A stretch of 64,000 bases of DNA from Octopus sinensis (lineage: Eukaryota). The stretch is from positions 32,488,001 through 32,552,000 of the forward strand of contig NC_043008.1 of NCBI RefSeq assembly GCF_006345805.1, written 5' to 3'. Position 1 is the first letter of the stretch, and every line of letters starts with the position of its first letter. Shown in pieces: positions 38,852-52,599 of this stretch. Both the position numbers and the translations under genes were made by a program. Under the pieces are notes generated by a model. The model did no database searches and was not told where the DNA came from. It saw only the letters and a program-made list of their open reading frames with translations.

Positions 38852-41800
38852 AGAGAGAGAGAGCGAGAGAGAATGAGAGAGAAATAATTGTATTTATTTC
38901 TTATTGTTTAATGATAAAGAAGACCACGTATTCTTTAAAATATAATTCACAGCCGGTAATCATATGACTGAACGTTTTGTCATCTGTGGATTTGTCATAA
39001 AAGTTTACATGTCAAGACCCCTGCAATCCCATTTATCATTCACTTTATAACTGCGAGCCAAAGAACATCTAAGTCGTTTGATAGTTGAGGGTGTGGTGTA
39101 TATCTATCAATAGACTGGTGGGTCACAGTCAATACTTCTCTTTGATTTTAAACCTACGCGTCAGAGATCTAGCTCGATCGAAGCTGAGTTTTGGTTACGC
39201 ACCAACAATGACAAAAATAGGTTTGTTATTGATAATATCTCCAACAAGGCTCCTGAAATTGGTATTACAATCGGGATTTTCAGGGTATTTAAACTAACAG
39301 TACTAGACTTGCAACTCTAACTCATATCCGGTTTCTAGTTCGTCGAGAGTTAATCCCCAGGTGCTACAAATACTCCTGGCGAGCTGGCAGAAACGTTAGC
39401 ACGCCGGGCGAAATGCGTAGCCGTATTTCGTCTGTCGTTACGTTGTGAGTTCAAATTCCGCCGAGGTCGACTTTGCCCTTCATCCTTTCGGGGTCGATAA
39501 ATTAAGTACCAGTTACGCACTGGGGTCGATGTAATCGACTTAATACCTATGTCTGTCCTTGTTTGCCCCCTCTATGTTTAGCCCCTTGTAGGTAATAAAG
39601 AAATAGATACTCCTTTTTAGGAGCAACGTGAAATGAAGTTTTCTTCCTGAATGACTCGATGCGTCAACCTGTCCGAAAATCAAAGCCACAACCTAGCGAT
39701 CATAAACCCTGCACTCTAATTAGTAAGCCAAGCACATTCCCTTATTGTTCCACTAAACATCTTTTCTAGTCATTCATTCTGTATTTCGATATGCTGATAT
39801 TCTGATATTCTGTCAGGAACACAGTCAGTGACTGTTGCTGAAAGGCCGTCAGTGTGAAATCACAAGCTCCAAATAAAGCGACTAACAAGAAAGAACGAAA
39901 TGATTTCTCCATTGTGTATTGTATTTCAATCGAATAACGGCTGCCTTATCCTACTTTAACTAAATTCCTAACAGGAAGTGACGCTACCGTTTCATATATG
40001 AGTGATTTATGTTAGACGAGATCAATAATTAGAAGTAGTAGCAATACAGTTTAGTATAAAAAAGAAAAGGAAAAAAAAAAGAAAACAGAATCCAAGGAAT
40101 TAGTGATTGTCTGCGTTGGTAAAAATTACTGTTAGCTCTCTAGAAGTCACTGAAGTGACAGAAACAGGAAAGAGTCGGCATAAAGGCACTCTGCTTCCTA
40201 AAAATAGCAGCCAAATCACTCACATATCACCCTATGTAGATAGAATAGAATTGTCTTAGATGCATGGACAGAAAAAAAAATTTTAATCAATAAATAAAGG
40301 GTCATCACAGGTATACACTTTTCAGGATTACCTGTAGCTAAACAACAGCCATAAGAAACAACAACTTGCGCGATTTCCATGCGCTCTTCTCTGCCTTGGG
40401 CCCAAATGCCGCTGTGTTTGACGTTATCTTTTCCTCTCTCTTTCAAGTAAAATCTAGTGATAGAAGCAGTAACGTACTGGGTAGAATTATCCCATTCTAT
40501 TTGAACCCAACTACCTATATGAGCTAAAATTCCAGAGGTTGACTTGTCATATGCAAAGGCAGATTCAATTGAATACATTTCTTCTTCCAAATTTGAGATT
40601 GTGAGTCAATATGATGTATCGTTATTATTGGTTCTACCAAAGACGATAGGTGGTAGATATAGTAATGAATCTGACCTAGGTCATGGCTTCTTTTTTCAAA
40701 TCCTGCTGACGTCGACTTTACCTTTCTTTCTGGGTTGATGAAAATAAAGTAAGTACCAGTCATATACTATGATCGAATAGATTTCCTGTTCCCCAACCCT
40801 CTTACAAGAAGTTGGCAGATGAATGTTCTAACAGTGACACACTACTGGGGGATGAGAGCATTTACCATGGATTCACATATTGTGACAATATTTATTTTCA
40901 ACATAGAAATAAGGGAGTGGAGGAAGTTATTGTCAGTTATAGTGACTCCTGTATTTGATTGGTACTTCATTTAACCTCTGGAGGATGGAAGATAAAGCTG
41001 ACCAGTATGAGGTTTGAACGCAATGAATTTTATCCGTCACACAGCCAGTTTTACCAATCCTCCGCTCTGTAGTGTGCTAATGTTAAACATTACCCGTCAT
41101 TCTTCAAGAGTTATAAATTAAGTACCTGTAACGTACTGGTGCTTTATCTTATTTTATCGACTATTCTTTTCCTCTAAATTTCTAGTCATGTGCTAATGTT
41201 AGAAATCAATATCTAAAGTCATTATATTTAAAGATTGTCACGTTATCGAAAATTGGGTCTTTAAATCCATTCATCGTTGATTATTGGTAATAACACACAT
41301 CAATATTCTCTATTTTCTCTCTTTAGACCATTATTAAATAGCAGCGAGACCTGGCAGAGTTAAATAAAAACGCTTCTATTCCTTTGGCGGAATATTTATC
41401 GAAGACATTGCGATTGACAGTTGTTGCAACGAAGCAATATATAAAATTAGAAATATGTAATTTTTTTTCTAAAAATCATAAAATATACAGCAGATAAAAT
41501 AATTATTTTAGACAGATTTTATTAACATTAAAATAAAAATAGATTATTTTCTAAAATGAATAGGAAACTCATTCTATCTTTGGTATTGCAATATATTCCA
41601 CTTAATAATGAATTTGTGACCAGGAGGCTCGGCCATTGAAACTCTATATCAAATCCATTTCAACAATAAGCTACGGGAGACATGAATATTGTTGGCTCCC
41701 GTGCTGGTAAGCATACGTTTCTAAATATGGCATTGATTAGCTAAAAAGTTGTTGTTGTTGTTTTAATGGTAGATAAATGTAGAATATCATGTACGCAGAG

Positions 41801-43678
41801 AGAGGTTGGTGAAAGTGGGTGCACGAAGATGATCGGCTTAAAGGGTTTTTAATATGCAAAAATATGGAAATATTGGACAAGAGACGAAGGGAGTGGTAGT
41901 CGAAGCTGGAAACGGCGAATTAATAATTCTTCTATTTATGAATATGATTTAATAATATTGAACTTATTTCATGCTGGCTTCAGAAATATACTTCCTCAGT
42001 ATCGGCTCTGGAGATGAAGTTAAGGGAGGGCAGGATAATGATTGATGCATACAAGATATACATACATACACACATAAATACATACATACATACATACATA
42101 CATACATACATACATCATACATACATACATACATACATAAATGCAAAAAGATTGCTATGGGATAAATAATGAAAAAATATTTTTCTTGTTAAGTATATAC
42201 GTATGTATCTACTCAAGGAATATTAGTGGAACACTCCCATCAAAACGTCCACTATGTGTAAAATATAAAAGGCATGTCATAGTTATTTGGAACAAAGAAC
42301 AAAATTATTTACAGTTACGTACAATTACATAGTCAGTTGCAGAACCGTCTCAGTAATATTATAGGCCCTCAGGTAAATCAATGTCCTGGGCCCTGAAGTG
42401 TTTATTTAATGATAGCAAGCTACAACAAACATAGATCTGAAGTGGACACTTGGATCCGTGAGGCCCCCGGACAACTGCATGGTATACCCACGCATTAAGA
42501 CAGCAGTAGTCAGCTATCTTATTTCTTTATTGCCCACAAGGGGCTAAACATAGAGGGGACAAACAAGGACAGACAAAGGGATGAAGTCGATTACATCAAC
42601 CCCAGTGCGTAACTGGTAACTATTTAATCGACCCCGAAAGGATGAAAGGCTAAGTCGACCTCGGCGGAATTTGAACTCAGAATGTAAAGACGGACGAAAT
42701 ACCGCTAAGCATTTCGCCCGGCGTGCTAACGTTTCTTGCAGACGTGAACATTTCTTTGAAAATAAACGAGCAAGAAAATTACTCCGAAGCCTACAACATC
42801 TCTACGCTAATTTTAAATTCACAGTTATACCCATAATTATTAATGCATTATGATAGCAATTATTAATAATTACTAATGATTATGATAGCAAGAATCCAAG
42901 TGGAAATCTCGAAAACCAGGGGTTTCAAGCAAAGGAAGTGACCACCAAGCACATATTTTACAAATACTAATTTGTAAGCAAATAATAAAAATATGCGATG
43001 CTTTTCTAAAATTCAACATCTACGCGTACATTTTGTTATCTAAACTTCAGCAATGAACGAGCTTTTTCTTTAGAAGCAAACCTCGAATAATCATAAAATG
43101 AAACATAGCATATATGTGTCACACACACACACACACACACACCACACACACACATTTATATAAATACATAAAAAGAATTTAAATGAAATTACACGTAGTA
43201 AATCAAAATACATACATTTATGTATGCTGATATATGTCATTAATCCTTTTCCTAGGCATTTTGAACGGAAATTTTATGCATACGTTTCTGTAAAAAAAAC
43301 AAAAGAAGTAAAATGCTAATCCAGCAAAAGGATTCACAGAAAGTATGTATGGCACCACATGTAAAAAAAATTAAAAGTTACGCTTTCTAGAAAGAATGTG
43401 TATTGTATGAAGATACAAGCTAAAGCACTGCACTCCGTCCATTTTCTGCTTGCACATGTCAAGTTCGCATGTAGGTAACTCATGTATTCTACCCCCTCCC
43501 CCCGCGCACACACACATATATATATATTACGTTATATATAAACAAACATAAGTTCGTTTTTCAAATGCTGAAATGTATTGTAGTACAAGTAGAAAGATAT
43601 ATTATTTTCAACGCATAAGTACTGATAGAACAGTAAATAAAGGATAAAATCCTTACAGAGCAGAAAAAGCAGTCAGCA

Positions 43679-43751
43679 ACCAGCCATGAGACTCGAACTC
43701 ACATCCCTTCAATTTCCGGTCGAAGTGCTTTACCGTTTAAGCTAAACTGAC
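43679..43751 (-). other. tRNA-like cloverleaf inside a 150-bp inverted repeat
   Basis: GTCAGTT-TA-GCTTaaacggtaAAGC-A-CTTCGAccggaaaTTGAAG-ggat-GTGAGttcgagtCTCAT-GGCTGGT. The acceptor stem is mostly G-U pairs. Arms at 43526-43676 and 43747-43898. Confidence 0.7.
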
Positions 43752-44142
43752 ATATTTTCCTGCTCAGTAAGGATTTTATCCTATATATGCTGTTCTATCA
43801 ATACTTATGCGTAGAAAAAAATATATCCTTCTACTTGTACTACTATACACTTCAGCGCTTTAAATAACAAACTTATGCTTGTTTACATATGACGTAATTT
43901 CTATTTCATCTAGCGTTTCTAGATGAGTTTATAAATTCTAAATTGCAGAAGAATTTGTCAGTGAAGCAGTTTAGCTTAAAAGGTAAAGCACTTTGACCGG
44001 AATTTTATTGAAACGCTAAGTTATGGGGACGTAAACACACTAACAGCGGTTGGCAAGCAGTGGTGAGGGACAAACACAGATACAAAGTCGCACGCGCGCG
44101 CACACACGCATATATATATATATATATACATATATATACATA

Positions 44143-44217
<75 letters not shown>

Positions 44218-44501
44218 CGACGAGCTTCTTTCAGTTACCAAATCCTCTCACAAGGCTTTGGTCAGTCTTAGGCTATGGCAGAAAAACATTTTCTCAAGGT
44301 GCCACGCAGTGGGACTGAACTCGGAACTATGTGGTTGGCAAGCAAACTTCTTACAACACAGCCAGTGCTATGATCAAGCAGACTAAAAAAAATCTGGCGT
44401 TGATCTGCATCGACAAGACTTGTCTTATTACAGTGAACATGTCCGAAACATTGAATTTTCCATTCCCATAGTAATACCACTGTACTCTTTTAATGTATTG
44501 C

Positions 44502-44564
<63 letters not shown>

Positions 44565-44663
44565 TAAATCCCCAAAATACGAAGAACAAACGCAAAAAGC
44601 AACAACACGAGGACGTGGTGCATGTAAAGTATTAGCAGACGCTTATGGAAGGAAAGAAAGGTG

Positions 44664-44698
44664 GTTTTACGTTTCGAACAAAGCTCTTCTTCAAAAAC
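44664..44698 (-). ncRNA. Degenerate hammerhead motif (same family as 59373-59405)
   Basis: Minus strand GTTT-TTGAAGA-A-GAGCtttGTTC-GAAA-CG-TA-AAAC. Confidence 0.5.
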
Positions 44699-44915
44699 AG
44701 GTGATAGAGGAAAGTCCAAGAGAAAAGGAAGACGGGAGGAAAAAAATCGCCAACGATTCACATGTGGTTACATTTTGAAAATGTATAGATATTGTTGTGT
44801 TTCGGGATGGTCATTTTATTTATTTATCATTTTTTTTTGCCAAATAAAGATACGCACTATATTTTTTTCTTCACTCGTTTACTATTGTTGTTTTATTATT
44901 TTAACGCCTGTCCAT

Positions 44916-44960
44916 TGTCCGGAAATCTTTCGTCACACATCTTTGACCTCTTCAGCGACA
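44916..44960 (-). ncRNA. Minimal type-I hammerhead ribozyme
   Basis: Minus strand TGTCG-CTGAAGA-G-GTCAaagatgtgTGAC-GAAA-GATT-TC-CGGACA. Confidence 0.72.
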
Positions 44961-45090
44961 CCTTTTGTTTCCGTGTGTGTTCTTCCTCCACTTGCTCCAT
45001 TCTTTTTCAACACTCGATTTCACAATTTCACACCAGGAATCTTGCAAAACGAATTGATAAACGTATATATATATATATATATATATATAT

Positions 45091-47227
45091 TAGGGCTGGT
45101 AACGATTAATTTAATTTTGATTAGTAACTTTAGAGAGATTAACGATTAATTAATAGTTAATTTCGATTAGAACACAAAAATGTCTGCAGTTGCATTTATT
45201 GACATGTTTATGATATTTTAATTAAGATTCAGTTAAAAACAAGAAATAGCATAGGCGCTTTCTTACTCAAATGTTGCTGGATAACCAGTTATGCAAACAC
45301 ACAAGCATGTTAACAGTATTTAGTTCAAGTGATGAGCGCGTCTTGTTAACAATGTAACCAGCAAAGCTAAATAATCTTTCACACGGAACCGAGGTAGCTG
45401 TTATGCACAGAACAGTCTTGGCAAAAATTGCCAATTTCGGATATAGATGTTCATTAAGTTTCCACCATTGTAGTGGATCAACTGATTCAGCAACTTTTTT
45501 CTCCATTTTATATCGCTGAAGCGTTTTCGACCTCCTCTTCTAAGTCTGAGTCAAACTCCATCAGCTTAATACGCTTTTCATTCGGTTCGCATATAGTTTT
45601 ACTGACACTGTCAGTATCATCTTGTGCATTAGTCTTCAACCGATCATCATTAACATCAACTGCTATTTGCTGTCCAATAAGTAACCAAGTTTGTTCTTGG
45701 GAATCATCTGATAAACACTTCAAGTTTTTATATCGTGGATCAAGTGCTTTTGCAATCTGTAATATTTCAATACTTTTCATGTCAGCTACACATTTGCTGA
45801 AGTTATTAACAGATGCAACCTTGAATCTTGTTATATAACCTGGATCATCATCATTTACAATCATGTGCTTTGTCAAAGACAATAATAGTGGCAATACACA
45901 GCTACACGACGCATATTTTTCACTGCCAAGCTGGACCGTAGCCTGACAGAATAAGTCTAAGACGTTGATGTATTTTGAAATCTTTTCCCAATCAGAATCG
46001 AACAATTTTGGACCTTTATATTCTCTTCGTCTGACATGTAGATGGTTATTGCTTCTCTTTAGCATTAGAAAAGTACTGTTCCATCTTGTTAGAACATCTT
46101 GCTGTAGCTTACGAAATAGTGAATCACTACAATTCTGCAATTCAGTTGTGTGGATAGAGCTATGTTTAAAATATCTTATGATTTTTTGACATTTAACAAA
46201 GGATGTTTCTGTATCTGCGGCTTTAAACCCATGCAATATGCTCAACTGCAGGCTGTGAGCCAAACACGGAATATGAACAAAACCAGTTTGATTAACAGCT
46301 GAAACCAAATTTCGTGCATTGTCTGTAACTAGAGCCTGAATCTTCTTTGTTATATCCCAGTCTTTTACAAGTTGTTTATATAACTCAGCAACATTGTTAG
46401 AATAGTGACGTTCAGCAACATGCACACATTCAAGAATAACACTTATTAAATTCCAGTCACCAGCAATCCAATGGCCGGTGATTCCGAAATAACTTTCATT
46501 ACCTAAGGATGTCCAAAAATTGTTCGCGCAATTGCCTTTGAATTTTTCACTGCTTCTAAAACACTTTCTCTTTTGCTGTTATAAATATCAGCCAACATTT
46601 TATCAGTTGTGAGCCGGCAAGGTAGTTTATATTCGGTATTTTGAAGCACTGTACGCAACACTTGCTGAAGACCATCATCTTCAACTATCGATATTGGTCT
46701 ACCATTATTAGCTATCCAGTTCGCAAGTGATGTTTTAACGTCATGTTGTAGGGTAACATTCATCGGATGATCAGACCGGTGATAAAACTGACACAAAGTA
46801 GTCTGTTTGGAGGAAGATGACACCGCCGCTGTAGACCGACTAAATGAAGCTGATATTGCGAGCTGAGGTTTCGAATTCTATAGCGAGTGTTTGTTTTGAA
46901 TGTGGTAAGTAAGCGATGTGTTAGATCGATGGTATGCGAACGATTTGTCGCAATGGATGCAATAAACGTTATCAGCAATTTTGAAATTACCGTCAGCCAA
47001 CAATTTAAATCCAAAATGTTCGTGTAATCGACCTGATATAGGTCTATATTTCATAACTCGATTCTTCTCCACCGTCATTTTATTGTGGTTGCTATTGCTG
47101 CCCGACTTCCGGGACATTTACTAATGATAGGTAGAAAATTAAATTTGAAACCGATTAATAAAAAAATTAATCGTTAAAATAAATTAACGATTAATAGATT
47201 ATTTAATCTTTAAATTCCGCAGCCCTA
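45091..47227 (-). mobile_element. Near-full-length hAT (Ac/ZBED1-like) DNA transposon with disrupted transposase (47117 to 45267)
   Basis: TIRs TAGGGCTG / CAGCCCTA and subterminal aacgattaat repeats. BED finger CIHCDKSF...YHIQNKH, FWTS (frameshifted), VTDNARN, CLAH, TRWNST, and hATC domain DPLQWWK...PKLA...ATSVPCERLFS. No clear TSD. Confidence 0.93.
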
Positions 47228-47232
47228 CCTAA

Positions 47233-47323
<91 letters not shown>

Positions 47324-47326
47324 ATG

Positions 47327-47357
<31 letters not shown>

Positions 47358-47487
47358 GTATATATATGTATGTATGCATATATGTATATATGTATGTATG
47401 CATGCATGCATGCGTGCATGTATGTATGTATGTATGTATGTATGTATGCATGCATACATGCATGTATGAATGTATGTATATATGTAT

Positions 47488-47525
<38 letters not shown>

Positions 47526-48482
47526 GGGAAACAATATAAACGGAGTTTGTGAGAGGTAGAGAGAAAACACCGAAGAGAAAGAAGTTGAAGGAAAATATAG
47601 TATGTCTTCTAACAATAAACACAAAATAGGATTTTGTAATAACTTAATTTTAATGAAAACATTTGAAAAGAAACAAGAGAGAGCATGCGCATGCAAGAGA
47701 GAGTGAAAAAGAGAGAGAGAATGAGTGAGAAAGAGAGAAAGAATAGGAGAGAGAGAAAGAGAGAAAGAGAGAGAGAGAGAGAGGGGGGGAGACAAAGACT
47801 CTAACTATATCAAATAAAAATTAAAATTAGTTTTTCTAACTGAAATGCGAAGTTGAATTCTCCAATAATAAAAGATGTTTGAGAACCACATTTTAATAAA
47901 AAGTATTAAAATTTATAAGAATTTTCTACGCAGTGTAATCTTTAATTGCTTTTTTTTTGTGAAAGTTATGTACTCCAAATTTCTTTCCTTTTTTTGTACT
48001 ATAAATGTCTCATATTTTACATGCATCTTTTCGCCTATACTGTTTTTATGTAGTTTTATGTCGCCGTTCTAAAATTTTAATATCTACGAAGAATTTATTC
48101 ATGTTACTAATATTATATATTTCATTTGTGGAAGTGTGTGATTAGATATTTTATGTGAAATCGCAATCTATAACAGGTATTGTTGAACTATGCAAATGTC
48201 AATCTGTAATTAAAAACTTACGTGCTGATTGTAATGCATTCTTTATCATTAATTATCAATTGGCTTATCGAAGTGCTTGACCAGACAACTGTAGTTTCCT
48301 TAATGAAAACCAGTTGAGAGTGTCACAGCCTTGAAGCAAAAGGTTTTGACAAATCTATCAATAATCAAATTACTGATGATTTAATTAAGCAATGAACTGC
48401 AACCACTATGCTGCTTTTGTTGATAGAATGACCCGTGCAAAATACAAATATATATTTTATATACTCACTCGCTCTTTTTCTT

Positions 48483-48536
<54 letters not shown>

Positions 48537-48550
48537 ATATATATATATAT

Positions 48551-48587
<37 letters not shown>

Positions 48588-48590
48588 CTA

Positions 48591-48631
<41 letters not shown>

Positions 48632-48807
48632 TGTCTCATGTATTATATAAATATTATATGTATATGCATGCTTGCGTGTATGTGTGCCTGTGTGTATGCA
48701 GGTATCTGTGGTTGCATGTATGTATTGCCTTTTGACCCTTGCCTGAACATAGGTCACATGTAATTTACCTTCATAATTATTGTAACGTAGCTACTCGTTG
48801 CTAATTA

Positions 48808-50626
48808 CACTAGGCAACAAAATGTTTCCTACTATTAGACGAAATGGTGCTCATAGGTAATTTGGAAGCGCCGATTTCGAATCTGAAATCATTTTTGCTC
48901 CAGTACATCACGTTTTTGTGCGATCATTATTATTATTATACTGCTATCAAAATTACAATAATGTGAAAATTCATGACAAATAAAATGAATGTTACGTTAA
49001 GCGCAAATTACCGTTATTTGGTATAAGAACAATAACAACTAGGTGGACAAGTTGGTCTAAAACCAATAAAACACTAAACAAAAGTGTAAAGTCAATATTA
49101 TCAATTTTATGTTTTTCAAAGATAGCCATGGCGTCCGTTTCTCGTTTTAAAAAGCAGCAGTAGTCCATCAGCATGTTTTGTCTGCCATTGTAGCAGCTTT
49201 CTAGCTCTTTGATTTCTTTATGAAATCGTTCACCATTCTCATCAAAAACAAATACCGATTTTCTCCGCAAAAAATTCATGCAATTCTGTATGCTGTTTTC
49301 GAAAATAAGAGCATTTTACACCATCGTGCAAACGATTCCATTGTTTCAACCTGGAGTCCAGTAGTTCTGACTTTTCTTCTGTTAAACTAAATCATTTAAC
49401 TCAAGTTGACTTAATAAATGTGGAACTTTTTATGAAGATCCTGGTTCATCACAGTGATCTGCTGTATCACTCGGCACGCCTTCAATGGAAGTAGATGCAA
49501 TACTTCCTTCACTTAAACTATCTTTGTCAAAAGATGAAGAAGGTTCTGGAATTGGAATATTTTCAACAGCATGAGCAACTGGTTTTAAAGCTGAAGGGCA
49601 ATCTGGTTAAATAATCTTGGATTTGTTCTTCTAAGAGAAACCTGTGATGTTAGTTAAGCAGAAATAACAATCGGTATAGTGGTTTGTTGGTTCGCGCCAT
49701 ATGATTGGTACTGCAAATGGCATACTTTTCCGTTTACCATTCAGCCATTGGGTTAGTGCTATGTAGAAGTTTTAGCAACAAACATGAGGCGCCCACAGTT
49801 TATCTTGGTCCCCAACTTTGCACCAAAAGCAAAGCTTGTAAGCATTTAAAAATTTCTTTGTAAGCTTATTTCTCTGATCTTTTGGTTTAAATTTTCCACA
49901 CACGTAACAATAGGTGTCCGGGTGATTAACACAAACTTTTCCGCTCATCATAAATACATACAGTAATAACCTAAATCAACACTCAAGGAAGCCTATCAGT
50001 AATCTAAAACATAAAATTAATCAACTGTAAATGTTACTTTAAAACATCAAAATATATTTCTCAAAAAATCATTGAAATTATTATAGAATGTACTGAAGAT
50101 ATGGCTATCACTAAACAATTTTTTCCATCTCTAAATTTCATTGATCACTTTAATAAATAACTAAACTTACTACTAAACTACTTTTCATATAACCCGGCTC
50201 TCTTTATTTGATGTACTTTGTTTTAACAGCACTAGCAGTTATCAAGAAAAAGTAGTCTCAATGGCTAATATCAATAACCTAATATCAATATCCTACTGTG
50301 AGGAGAACTTTACTATAATTACAGCAATTGCAAAGTAAAATAAATTTTCATCTTGTGTGGCAATTTAACAGGTAGCCTACATTTCACTCTATGAGCACTT
50401 AATTTTGTTCCACTGATGAGTATATGAATGAAAATCGAAAGCAAATAGAATACTACTTTGTCAATATTATCAATTGGTTGGAAAATCTGATGCTGTGAAT
50501 AATTAAAAAAAACTAAACGTGCTGTTTGCAAACTGATGTCAGATTCGGATTCAGCACCCTAAAATTACCCTAAATCAGCTGAAAAAGTTTAAATAGCATG
50601 ACAAAAATGTTTTTGGTTGTCCGACG
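48808..50626 (-). mobile_element. Internally deleted DNA transposon, Chapaev3 (CMC)-like
   Basis: Left end cactaggcaacaaaa with gccgatttcgaatctga, inverted at the right as tcagattcggattcagcacc...ttttggttgtcc. Minus-strand peptide from 49948: CVNHPDTYCYVCG...GDQDKLWAPHVCC...WREPTNHYTDCYFC, then C-terminal DENGERFHKEIKELE...DYC. The central core is missing. The family name is from memory. Confidence 0.75.
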
Positions 50627-50820
50627 ATACTTGTTTAGACTACACACTTGAGTAATAACAATAAACATATATAACAATCCAACAAACTCTCCACAAACCA
50701 ACAAACGATATTCCGACAAACTACCAAAACGTCACCTTACGACTTCATGCGATTAACACTTACTCTCTCTCACTCTCTCTCTCTATTGTATTTCTTTCTC
50801 TGTCTGTCTGTCTGTCTCTG

Positions 50821-50874
<54 letters not shown>

Positions 50875-51579
50875 AGACCGCTAATATTTATAGTCGTTCG
50901 GTCAAGTCTATTCTCGCTGGGCGTGTCGTGATACTCGCCACAACAATAATATATCTGATTCATGTATTGTTGAAACGATCGTAACGAGGGAATAAATGTA
51001 ACGCCATCACCGCCATTCTTAGACTTTATATGTGTGTGCAGGTCATGTGTATGTGTACGTGTGTGTGTGTACGTGTGTGTGTGTGCGTGCGTGTGTGTGT
51101 GTGTGTGTGTGTGGTGTGTGTGTGTGTGCATGTGTGTGTGTGTGTGTGTGCGTGTGTGTATGAATGCATGTATTCAGCTGATACTCTGTAATACGGGAAT
51201 TTGAAACGAACATCATGGAATTTGATATGAAACCTCGGGCTAAAATTTAAGCTAAACGTCATTTGGTACAATCAAATCAATTAGATCTACCTAGTGTAAT
51301 ACCATAATTCTTCCCCTTAATTTTCTGTGCCTTTTTACTGTGTAAGTCTGGTCTGTTAATATATAAATATCTATGTATTTATACATGAATGAACATCGTC
51401 TTAACATTTTCAAACTTTGTTTTTTCTCTGTTTACATGTGTATATGCATGTAAATTTCATACATCTAATCCTCTGCCATTTTATTTGTTTATTTGCATCA
51501 TTATCTCTAGACATACTTACATACATACATACATACATACATACAAACATACATACATACATACATACATACATGTGTG

Positions 51580-51610
<31 letters not shown>

Positions 51611-51673
51611 GCATATATATATATGTGTGTCTGTGTGTATATATATGTGTGTGTATATATATATATATACACA

Positions 51674-51704
<31 letters not shown>

Positions 51705-51712
51705 CATACATA

Positions 51713-52047
51713 TGGCTCAGTGGTTAGAGCGTCGAGCTTACGATCGTGAGGTTGTGAGCTCAAATCCCGGAACGGGCTGCGTGTTGTGTTCTTGAGCAAG
51801 GCACTTTATTTCATGTTGCTCCAGTTCACTCAGCTGTAGAAATGAGTTGCGACGTCACTGGTGCCAAGCTGTATCGACCTTTGTCTTTCCCTTGGATAAC
51901 ACTGGTGGCGTGGAGAGGGGAGGCTGGTATGCATGGGCGACTGCTGGTCTTCCATAAAAAACAACCTTGCCCGGACTTGTGTCTAGGAGGGTAACTTTCT
52001 AGGTGCAATCCCATGGTCATTATTCATGACCGAAGGGGGTCTTTACC

Positions 52048-52050
<3 letters not shown>
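51713..52050 (+). mobile_element. tRNA-derived SINE family C (CORE-like central block)
   Basis: A box tggctcagtggttagagc, B-box-like gagctcaaatcc, then ttgagcaaggcactttatttc...cactcagctgtagaaatgag. Fragments at about 2190-2345 and 19510-19660. Confidence 0.85.
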
Positions 52051-52105
<55 letters not shown>

Positions 52106-52403
52106 TTGCATCTTGCAACCTTTTCAATAGTCTTGAAGTCAGACTATTGAAAAGATTGCAAGATGCAACGAAAATTTTAGAAAATAAAAATAAGAAATAG
52201 TGGAAATTTTCCGGTGAGTGTGTTAAATAATAAGGCACTAAAGAGAATGACTCTCCCCCGACACAACCGAATATGCTTGAACACACGAACTCATATAAAG
52301 AATCTTGCAAACCAAATCCCAAAAACGAAATATATATACATACATATATGTGTATATATATTATATATATATGTATATATATATTATATATATAATATAT
52401 ATA

Positions 52404-52447
<44 letters not shown>

Positions 52448-52521
52448 TTATATATAATGCGTACTTACATTGAATGAATTGAATGATTATTAAGTGTATA
52501 TATATATATATATGTATATAT

Positions 52522-52562
<41 letters not shown>

Positions 52563-52599
52563 GCGTACTTACATTGAATGAATTGAATGATTATTAAGT

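Noticed and set aside
40216-40738. Protein-like ORFs (EEEMYSIESAFAYDK... and overlapping frames)
   Set aside because: No recognisable domain and no convincing acceptor/donor pair. Needs a homology or RNA-seq check.
52456-52599. 40-bp direct duplication around a TA tract
   Set aside because: Most simply microsatellite-associated slippage or an assembly overlap.
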